UHGV virus genome: UHGV-0359583
DNA: 49,950 nucleotides
DNA from: a virus
Strand: one strand, 5' to 3'
This document shows, piece by piece, positions 9,190 to 16,151 of the stretch (the stretch's first letter is position 1; the number at the start of each line of letters is the position of its first letter). The notes beneath the pieces are model-generated. The model saw only the letters and a list, made by a program, of their open reading frames with translations. It made no database searches and was not told the DNA's origin. The translations under genes were made by a program, and so were the position numbers.

Positions 9190-9786
9190 ATGAAAAAAAG
9201 TATTTTTTTAGGATTAATTGTAGCTTCAGCACTATCACTAGGGGCATGTTCGAGTAACAAGGAAGATGCTACTCAAGGCTCCGCAAAACTACGTACTTCA
9301 AGTAAATCTGAAGAATCTTCTACTTTAACACAAGAAGAAAAAATCCCGACTGTAAATCGAGCTGAATACAACGTTAGCTTTTCTGAAGATTGGCAAGGTT
9401 TAAAAACTAGTATATCTAAAGTAGTTATTGCTGAACTTTCAAAAAGCGAAATGGAAAATCAAAAACTTGAAAATAGATATGTAGCTCAAGTATATTTTAA
9501 AATTGAAAATACTTCTGATAAAGACTTTAATGTTTATCCAGACCAAGGAACTTTAGTAATTGAGGGCCAACAAATTGATGCTGATATGTGGTTTAGTGAT
9601 GATTTAGGTGGAGAGATATTACATGGCGTCACAAAAGAAGGCCTGGTAACATTTTCAATCCCTAAAATTTCAAATGTCGATAACGTACCAAATATAAGAT
9701 TAATCTGGCGAGCCAACTTTGATACAGATAATTATAATGAGGAATCTTCAAAAGACTTTGACGTTTCTTTTGATTTAACAAAATAA
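9190..9786 (+). CDS. Lipoprotein (possibly DUF4352-like); candidate superinfection-exclusion protein
   Basis: Signal peptide with lipobox 'LSLGAC'. It lies in the lysogeny module, followed by the terminator at 9793-9820. Confidence 0.65.
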   Translation: MKKSIFLGLIVASALSLGACSSNKEDATQGSAKLRTSSKSEESSTLTQEEKIPTVNRAEYNVSFSEDWQGLKTSISKVVIAELSKSEMENQKLENRYVAQVYFKIENTSDKDFNVYPDQGTLVIEGQQIDADMWFSDDLGGEILHGVTKEGLVTFSIPKISNVDNVPNIRLIWRANFDTDNYNEESSKDFDVSFDLTK

Positions 9787-9792
9787 TTATTG

Positions 9793-9820
9793 AAAAGCTT
9801 GTGGGCTTTTCTTTTATTCT
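9793..9820 (+). terminator. Rho-independent terminator after the lipoprotein gene
   Basis: GAAAAGC-ttgtgg-GCTTTTC followed by TTTTATTC. Confidence 0.6.
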
Positions 9821-9858
9821 TTGAAGAAATGACAAACTAGAAAAGTTGGTGATATATT

Positions 9859-11427
9859 ATGGATAATTTTTTAACTCCTTTATTGAATAAAGCAGACTCC
9901 ATGCCGTTTTTATTTCTTGGTTCAGGTTTTTCAAGACGTTACTTAAATACTCCCACATGGGAAGAATTATTAAAACATATTGCACAAATAACATATCAAA
10001 ACAATACTGGGTTTCAAAAAGCAAAACGTAAGGCTTCTAAACTTTATGATGAAAACCTTGCATATAATAAGCATATGACATACCTTTGTGACCTTATCTC
10101 CGATGACTTAGATGAAATTTGGTACGATGATCCTCGTTTTGAAGAAAACAGAAATCGATATTGGGATCTTGTTGAAAATGATTCTACTCCGCCTGTAAAA
10201 ATTGAAATTGCTTGTTATCTAGAAAAATTTCAAAAATTTACCGAAGAAAACATTTTAGAATTAGATGCATTAAAAAAAATAACACCTAACTCAATTGCAG
10301 GTATTATTACGACAAATTATGATACATTACAAGAACAACTTTTTGATTATGAAGTATATTCATCACAAGAAGAACTCTTATTCCATACAAAATATGATAT
10401 AGGTGAAATTTATAAAATTCACGGATGTATTAAAAACCCAAATTCAATTCTTATTAATTCAGACGATTATAAACAAATTGAACTTAAACACAAATATATT
10501 GCAGCTAAATTATTAACTATTTTTGTCGAACACCCTATTTTCTTTTTAGGGTACTCTCTTGGTGATGAGGACATACGAAATATATTGAATGATATTCAAA
10601 TTTCTCTTACTTCAAAGCAATTAAAAGAAATTGAAGATAGATTATTTTATGTGGTTTGGGATGAATCTCAAGAACATTTTTCTCATTCTACACATAGTAT
10701 AAACTTTGATAACGGTAGAAGTATAACAATTAAACAAATTTCATTAAATGACTATTCATTTTTATACAACGCTTTAAGCAAAAACAAATCACGTTACCCA
10801 GTTAAAATGTTACGTCACGTAAAGGAAGATATGTATAATCTTGTTTTGACTAATGATCCTACCGAGAGGATGTTATTAACAATACCTGATAAAGAATTAT
10901 CAAAAGAAGAGATGGAAAAGATTGAGTTTGTATATGGGTTTGGCATTATGGAAAGAGCTCGAAATGGTTATAAAATAGTTTCAACTGAAGAAATATATAA
11001 AGATGCAGTATTTGACACCGCTAACTTAAATCCTGAACTATTTGTAAAAGAAACCCTAACTTATGCACTACAAAAAAGCAGTGGTTATATACCAATTAGA
11101 AAGTACACTTCACAGGTTGAATACTCATCTTTACCCAAACAAGTTAAAGATAATCTAAAAAGATTTAATAAAATTGACGATTTGTTAAGTCAAAAATTGA
11201 TTGGCTATAAGCGTTCATTAACTGTACCACCTACTTTTAATGATGCGTTAAAAAGTCCTTCAAAAATGATTTATGACAATCTATCGATAGTTTCTTATAA
11301 TAGTAATAATATTGAATTATTGGGTGATTATCTCAAAAATATTCTAGACAAAGACGAATTTACCACTACAACTGAAATCAGAAGGTTGATACGAATCTAT
11401 GATTATTTTAAATACAAAAAAAGCTAA
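9859..11427 (+). CDS. SIR2-family (ThsA-like, SIR2_2-type) putative NADase with a non-SLOG C-terminal domain
   Basis: Motifs 'LFLGSGFS', 'IITTNYDTL', 'IYKIHGCIKNPNSILINSDDYK' and 'IFFLGYSLGDEDIRNIL' match ThsA SIR2 'IFAGAGLS', 'TTNYD', 'VYKMHGDV...LIKDDYEK' and 'FLFVGFSFTDPNLDYIL'. RBS is GGTGAT. Confidence 0.65.
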   Translation: MDNFLTPLLNKADSMPFLFLGSGFSRRYLNTPTWEELLKHIAQITYQNNTGFQKAKRKASKLYDENLAYNKHMTYLCDLISDDLDEIWYDDPRFEENRNRYWDLVENDSTPPVKIEIACYLEKFQKFTEENILELDALKKITPNSIAGIITTNYDTLQEQLFDYEVYSSQEELLFHTKYDIGEIYKIHGCIKNPNSILINSDDYKQIELKHKYIAAKLLTIFVEHPIFFLGYSLGDEDIRNILNDIQISLTSKQLKEIEDRLFYVVWDESQEHFSHSTHSINFDNGRSITIKQISLNDYSFLYNALSKNKSRYPVKMLRHVKEDMYNLVLTNDPTERMLLTIPDKELSKEEMEKIEFVYGFGIMERARNGYKIVSTEEIYKDAVFDTANLNPELFVKETLTYALQKSSGYIPIRKYTSQVEYSSLPKQVKDNLKRFNKIDDLLSQKLIGYKRSLTVPPTFNDALKSPSKMIYDNLSIVSYNSNNIELLGDYLKNILDKDEFTTTTEIRRLIRIYDYFKYKKS

Positions 11428-11462
11428 CCATAGATGCAGTAATGAAGATTTACTTCACTACC

Positions 11463-11566
11463 TCTAGGGGGTTAGCTCACATGGAAAATACTTTTCAAAT
11501 TTATTATAACTCAAAATTATATTTTTGAAAAGTATTTTTCGCTCCCTAGAAAAGAACGTACGTTCT
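11463..11566. repeat. Long imperfect hairpin plus a perfect 14-bp palindrome immediately downstream of the SIR2 gene
   Basis: Arms at 11484-11499 and 11524-11540 (GAAAATACTTTTCAAA / TTTGAAAAGTATTTTTC). Outer arms CTAGGGGG / CTCCCTAG. AGAACGTACGTTCT at 11553-11566. Confidence 0.6.
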
Positions 11567-11940
11567 TAATATAGATTAAACACTAAGAATAATCCAAAAT
11601 TAATTAATAATATTCAATACATCTATTCTATTTATCGTATAAAAAATTCTAAATCCAAAAGAATAATACTGACCTTACCTTACTAATTTTGAGATAGATT
11701 GAAATGAGATGTTCTAGAGTATGAATTATTCCTATTTTAACCAACCAGTATTATAGTGAAGAAAAACAGTCGGAATTCTAAGATCAACTAAAATAAAAAG
11801 GATACTGAGACTGGAAATGTAGATAACCTCCCCTATTTGCACGACAAAAAAAGAATTAATAATGAATCAATTCTATAAAAAAGATTGGTATAAATACAAA
11901 TTATTATCCCACCAAAATCTATGTTCAGGAGTGAAAACAA

Positions 11941-13167
11941 ATGGCTTCAATCAAATCTTATACACTAAAGAATGGTCAAGAACGTTGGGAATACTTCGTT
12001 TCAAATGGACGTAGCAATGGTACTGGCAGGCAACAAAAAATACACAAGAGAGGTTTTAGAAGTCATAAGGAAGCTTTGAAGGCTGCAAAAATAATTGAAG
12101 GGCAAATTGCATCTGAGGAATTCGTTAAAGAAAACCCACAAAAAATGACTATTTCAAAATTTATGAATATATGGATCAATGAGTATAAAAACAATGTTAA
12201 GGAAGGATCACGAATTGTCTATCGAGATGCTATCCGTATGTATATTGATCCATATATAGGAAATTATCAATTAAATAAATATAAACCTGCAGATCACCAA
12301 AAATTTATTAATAGCTTATTTACGAATAAAGAATTAGGAAAAAATAAAAACGGCCTCAGTTATAACACAGTAAAAATTGTAAATGCCGCCTTGTCCAATG
12401 CTTTCAAAAAGGCACAAAAATTAGGTTATGTAAAAAGTAATCCGACCTACTTAGTAGAGTTTCCATTAGATAAAGTAAAAGAAAAAAATAATAAAGAAAA
12501 GAAACTAGAATTCTATACTTTAGAACAGGAAAATCTGTTCCTCGACACTGCAAGAAATTTTGATGAGTATATGTGGTATGTATTTTTTTTAATTATTTTT
12601 GATTTAGGATTGAGAAAAGGTGAAGTAATGGCCTTACGATGGTTTAACTTTGATTTTAGAGATAATATTCTCACATTTGACAAGCAACGTTTATATAGAA
12701 AAGAGCGACCTGGTCAAGTAATTTTAGATGACGTTAAAACTGACGCTGGAAAAAGAAGTTTAAAAATGACAAACAGAGTAAGAAATTCCGTATTAGAATT
12801 ATATGGCATTAATTACGATCTCACAAATAATGTATTACCAATGACAAAATCAAACAAAGATTTTTTGTTTATAAATAATAGAGGAAAAAATGTCGGCTTA
12901 CCAATACGCCAACGTTCTGTAGATACTGCTTGGCACCGAATTATTAATAAAGCTCAATTACCAAAAATTAGAATTCATGACGGTCGCCATACTAATGCTG
13001 CTCGTTTACGACAAGCAGGAGTTCCACTTGAGGATATTAAAGACATGCTTGGTCATAAGAACGTTAAAACAACTGAGATATATGCACACGTATCTGCTGA
13101 AGTTAAAGAACGAGCTGTAAATAAACTTGAATTATATCAAATGCAAAACAAAAAATCAGGTAACTAA
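11941..13167 (+). CDS. int: Tyrosine recombinase (phage integrase)
   Basis: C-terminal catalytic region 'RHTNAARLRQAGVPLEDIKDMLGHKNVKTTEIYAHV'. Confidence 0.85.
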   Translation: MASIKSYTLKNGQERWEYFVSNGRSNGTGRQQKIHKRGFRSHKEALKAAKIIEGQIASEEFVKENPQKMTISKFMNIWINEYKNNVKEGSRIVYRDAIRMYIDPYIGNYQLNKYKPADHQKFINSLFTNKELGKNKNGLSYNTVKIVNAALSNAFKKAQKLGYVKSNPTYLVEFPLDKVKEKNNKEKKLEFYTLEQENLFLDTARNFDEYMWYVFFLIIFDLGLRKGEVMALRWFNFDFRDNILTFDKQRLYRKERPGQVILDDVKTDAGKRSLKMTNRVRNSVLELYGINYDLTNNVLPMTKSNKDFLFINNRGKNVGLPIRQRSVDTAWHRIINKAQLPKIRIHDGRHTNAARLRQAGVPLEDIKDMLGHKNVKTTEIYAHVSAEVKERAVNKLELYQMQNKKSGN

Positions 13168-13190
13168 AACGTTACCTGATTTTATTTATA
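13157..13190 (+). terminator. Rho-independent terminator overlapping the int stop codon
   Basis: CAGGTAAC-taaaac-GTTACCTG followed by ATTTTATTTAT. Confidence 0.55.
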
Positions 13191-13192
13191 AA

Positions 13193-13485
13193 TGTATCAC
13201 CAAATGTATCACCAAAAATATTTCAAAGCAAACATCTTTGTATCACCACAAAGCTAAAAATCAGCTTAGAATGCTATTTTATAGGCGTGCATTCAAATCT
13301 TTTGCTAATTCTTCAAAACCTGGTTTACCTAATAAAGCGAACATGTTGCGTTTGTTAGTTGAAATTTTTCCATAGATTTCATTCTTTCCAATTACTTATA
13401 TATCAATGATTTATTAGTTATTGAAGTCTTTCACTATTTACATTTTTTTCATAGATATTTTAGATGTATCACCAAATGTATCACC
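13193..13485. repeat. Five copies of TGTATCACC (two tandem pairs plus one) and three CATAGAT motifs; candidate integrase arm-type sites / attP region
   Basis: TGTATCACC at 13193, 13205, 13239, 13465 and 13477. TTCATAGAT-like motifs at about 13367, 13449 and 13499. Confidence 0.5.
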
Positions 13486-13578
13486 ATTTATTTTTATCAT
13501 TTCATAGATTTACAAAAATTCCCTATAGACAAAACGAACATACATTCGATATAATTATATTACTAGGAGGGCGATAGT

Positions 13579-13827
13579 ATGAAAACTAATTATGTAGGAG
13601 TAGTCGAAAAGATTAGAATGTTAAGTATGCACCCAAAAATGCTTGTTCGATTCTCATTAGTAACACCGGACGAAACTATAAACTGTATCGTCTCCAAACA
13701 CGAGCTGGCAAATACGCTACTAATGTTACCTGAAAAATCTGAACTAGCTGTCTATGGTCATTTGAATAAACGAAATCAACTTGTCATTGATAAAATGCTT
13801 GTAAGAAATTTTTTGATTAGTGTATAA
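13579..13827 (+). CDS. Hypothetical 82-aa protein; a stand-alone gene between the att region and a bidirectional terminator
   Basis: Strong SD AGGAGGG; the terminator follows immediately. Confidence 0.5.
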   Translation: MKTNYVGVVEKIRMLSMHPKMLVRFSLVTPDETINCIVSKHELANTLLMLPEKSELAVYGHLNKRNQLVIDKMLVRNFLISV

Positions 13828-13870
13828 AAAATAAGCCTCGCTCTCTATATGGAGCGAGGCTTTCTTTATT
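13826..13870. terminator. Bidirectional rho-independent terminator
   Basis: AAGCCTCGCTC-tctatatg-GAGCGAGGCTT (perfect 11-bp stem) flanked by A-rich and T-rich tracts. Confidence 0.7.
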
Positions 13871-14003
13871 GACCGTCTAAGCAGTCATCTTCAATTTCAA
13901 CATATTGTATTATCATGTTTACGTCACTGATATACAGCACTTTCTTCATGAGCTCTTTTTCTGATATTTCTTTTAGCTTTAAAAAAAGATCAAATGCGTT
14001 CAT
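13867..14003 (-). CDS. Small ORF (45 aa), third gene of the accessory cassette
   Basis: Its ATG follows the upstream gene's TAG stop directly (TAGATG). It ends at the terminator. Translation: MNAFDLFLKLKEISEKELMKKVLYISDVNMIIQYVEIEDDCLDGQ. Confidence 0.35.
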
Positions 14004-14894
14004 CTAAGCTAGTACTTTTTCCAATTCTTCAACTGGCTGCGCATACTTCTCTATGTGAATCAAATCTTCATTGAAGGATTGTTCTCCTTGAGTGCTAAAT
14101 ATATCATAAGCAATAACTCTTTCGTCTTTACTAGTTAAATAATTTATCATTTGATCTAACGTGCCATCAATATTAGACTCACTCAAAGAATTGTATACTA
14201 AAGTAAACTTATCCGCTTTATAATAATTGTCCGTTATAAAACTCATTCTTTCAAGCCAATCATAAGATGATGTAATTTTATCAGGAGCAGATTGAATAAA
14301 CTCTAATCCATGATCAAATTTATAACCAAAATCAATACTATATGATTTTGGAAGTTCCTTAACAGGCTTAATTTTTATATTTTTCTTGATTAATTTATCC
14401 AAATTATTTTTTTTATTTATTAACTGTATAGCTTTCTTTTTAACAACCATAGAGTTGCTACCAAGCTCTTCATTTAAAAATTTGCTCCCTACGTATTCTT
14501 CAAGCAAATTATTAAATAATAGGTCGACATTACTTGATTTAGCGAAGCGAACATCAGAAAATACAAAACCTTTTGGAAGGTTCTGACTTACAAATTGATT
14601 TATAAATGTCTCAGAAGACGGGTTTAAGCCAAAGCTTAAATTATTATTATCTACAGACTTTAAAATATGATTAAAAACGTCATGACCTAACTTATATGTT
14701 TTTTCGTCAACTTTCGAATTCAAAATTGCCTTAAATTTACTATTTTTTGGGGTTAATATCTGGTATTTTACTTCCCCACTTGAGGGTATGTTCATAACTA
14801 TGCCTATATTGATTATTTCGCCTTTTACAACATTTGAAATATATCTAATTATTGAATACCAGACGACTCTTCGTTGCTGTATGATTCGTTCCAC
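14004..14894 (-). CDS. DUF3037-like protein; downstream partner of the HipA-like kinase
   Basis: N-terminus 'VVWYSIIRYISNVVKGEIINIGIVM' resembles the DUF3037 family opening (from memory). GTG start with a GGAGGT SD inside the last 46 nt of the upstream gene. Confidence 0.45.
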   Translation of the reverse strand: MERIIQQRRVVWYSIIRYISNVVKGEIINIGIVMNIPSSGEVKYQILTPKNSKFKAILNSKVDEKTYKLGHDVFNHILKSVDNNNLSFGLNPSSETFINQFVSQNLPKGFVFSDVRFAKSSNVDLLFNNLLEEYVGSKFLNEELGSNSMVVKKKAIQLINKKNNLDKLIKKNIKIKPVKELPKSYSIDFGYKFDHGLEFIQSAPDKITSSYDWLERMSFITDNYYKADKFTLVYNSLSESNIDGTLDQMINYLTSKDERVIAYDIFSTQGEQSFNEDLIHIEKYAQPVEELEKVLA

Positions 14895-15826
14895 AATAAA
14901 TCACCTCCAGTATGATTGGAAAATAAATTGGCCCTTACGATTTTATTTATTATATCCTTTACTATCAGCCTTTGTCTACTAAGAAAATCCAAATAAACTT
15001 TCCGTTGTTGATCTCCAGATATTGTCCATTCTTCTGGTATCTCTCCTAAAATAAAAGTTAGTTCATCTTTACTAATCTTTTCTATTGAATCAATAATTCT
15101 GCAAAAAGGGTTATTACCTGTCAAATCAATATTATTCTGCATTCCTTGAAATACAGGTCCGAAGGTAAACCCCCCACCATGTCTCCTGAACTGGTTCAAA
15201 AGCCACTCATCATAATTGGGATTTTCATTAACTTTCAATAACTTCATTTTTGCTGTATCAAAATTAGGAGTGCCAAAGGCGTGTCCATGATCTATGGCAT
15301 AAACTTTTCTTAAACCCGATTCACTCCCAATCAAAAGGTTACCAAGATTAGAAAATCGATCACAATTTTGAACAAATATATCGAACGCAATTATATCAGC
15401 ATATGCTTCTGGATTCGAAACATTGTTTAAATACCCTGTCCAAGTCCTTTTAACTTTTGGTAAACCATTATTTACACCGAGTGAAATACTCTCAGCTAAA
15501 TTGTCTTCTACATCATTCACTTCTTCAGTCGCGAAATACAATCCTGGTTTAAACTTTCTGCTAAACATTAACTCAGCATTAGCTTCTATAAAATCCTTCT
15601 CCAATTCAATTATAGCAAAATTAGGCACTGGCACCTTTAGATGTTTAGCTAACAGCGAGCACAATAGTTCCTGAAAAAACACAGCATTCTGCTTTGTTGA
15701 GTTAACTATCTCAGTTTTTAAAAAGTATCTTTTTCCATTTTCTGCCGTTATTTTTATAGGCTTAGATTGACCAACTTTAGGAGATGGTTCATTCAAATAC
15801 GTTTCAGCAAAAAACTTATCTACCAT
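14849..15826 (-). CDS. HipA-family (HipT-like short form) serine/threonine kinase-like protein
   Basis: 'VGQSKPIKI' matches the HipA P-loop-like region. 'QELLCSLLAKHLKVPVP' matches 'NEYLTMKLAEAAGIPVP'. 'FVQNCDRFSNLGNLL' resembles the catalytic loop 'IGNTDDHLKNFSLL'. 'AIDHGHAFG' resembles IDFGH. GAGGAG SD. Confidence 0.6.
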   Translation of the reverse strand: MVDKFFAETYLNEPSPKVGQSKPIKITAENGKRYFLKTEIVNSTKQNAVFFQELLCSLLAKHLKVPVPNFAIIELEKDFIEANAELMFSRKFKPGLYFATEEVNDVEDNLAESISLGVNNGLPKVKRTWTGYLNNVSNPEAYADIIAFDIFVQNCDRFSNLGNLLIGSESGLRKVYAIDHGHAFGTPNFDTAKMKLLKVNENPNYDEWLLNQFRRHGGGFTFGPVFQGMQNNIDLTGNNPFCRIIDSIEKISKDELTFILGEIPEEWTISGDQQRKVYLDFLSRQRLIVKDIINKIVRANLFSNHTGGDLLWNESYSNEESSGIQ

Positions 15827-15870
15827 ATTCTTTTCTCCTCATTAATGATTTATATCTACTTACTATTATT

Positions 15871-15912
15871 AAACCAAAAAGAAGTTGCAAAAACAAGCGT
15901 TTTTGCAACTTC
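15871..15912 (-). terminator. Rho-independent terminator (minus strand) between tRNA-Met and the kinase cassette
   Basis: Perfect 14-bp stem GAAGTTGCAAAAAC / GTTTTTGCAACTTC with a 4-nt loop, followed by TTTTTGGTTT on the minus strand. Confidence 0.7.
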
Positions 15913-15984
15913 TATAGCAGATATAATCATATGAGGATTATTTATCAATTATAACAAACACTCGTTCGTAAATCAATGATTTTA

Positions 15985-16058
15985 TGGACCATGACGGATT
16001 CGAACCATCGACCGAACGGTTATGAGCCGTTTGCTCTAACCAACTGAGCTAATGGTCC
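15985..16058 (-). tRNA. tRNA-Met (CAT anticodon; could be an Ile-lysidine type), with no encoded CCA
   Basis: 7-bp acceptor stem GGACCAT/ATGGTCC. D-arm GCTCAGTTGGTTAGAGC. Anticodon stem-loop AACGG-CTCATAA-CCGTT. T-arm GATGG-TTCGAAT-CCGTC. Confidence 0.8.
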
Positions 16059-16151
16059 TGAAAAGAGCCGCCTTGGGGAAGGCGACTCAAGAGAAATTTA
16101 AATAAGTGTAAGTTTATTCTAAACTAAGGGTTACAGAAAATCAAGCTGTTC

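Noticed and set aside
9190-11940. Search for a TIR-domain ThsB partner to complete a canonical Thoeris system
   Set aside because: The flanking lipoprotein has no TIR features, and the 500-bp downstream gap has no ORF. The SIR2 gene therefore appears to be solo.
13127-13375. Plus-strand 82-aa ORF overlapping the int 3' end and the att repeats
   Set aside because: It starts inside int in another frame and runs through the terminator and repeat region. It has no SD. It is most likely non-coding att DNA.
13193-13485. Possibility that the TGTATCACC repeats form a CRISPR array
   Set aside because: The repeats are only 9 nt, they come in irregularly spaced pairs, and there are no cas genes. They are much more consistent with integrase arm-type sites.
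15985-16058. tRNA-Met as the integration (att) site of this prophage
   Set aside because: No duplicated tRNA 3' segment is visible elsewhere in the window. The tRNA lies 2.8 kb from int, inside phage modules, so it is more likely phage-borne.
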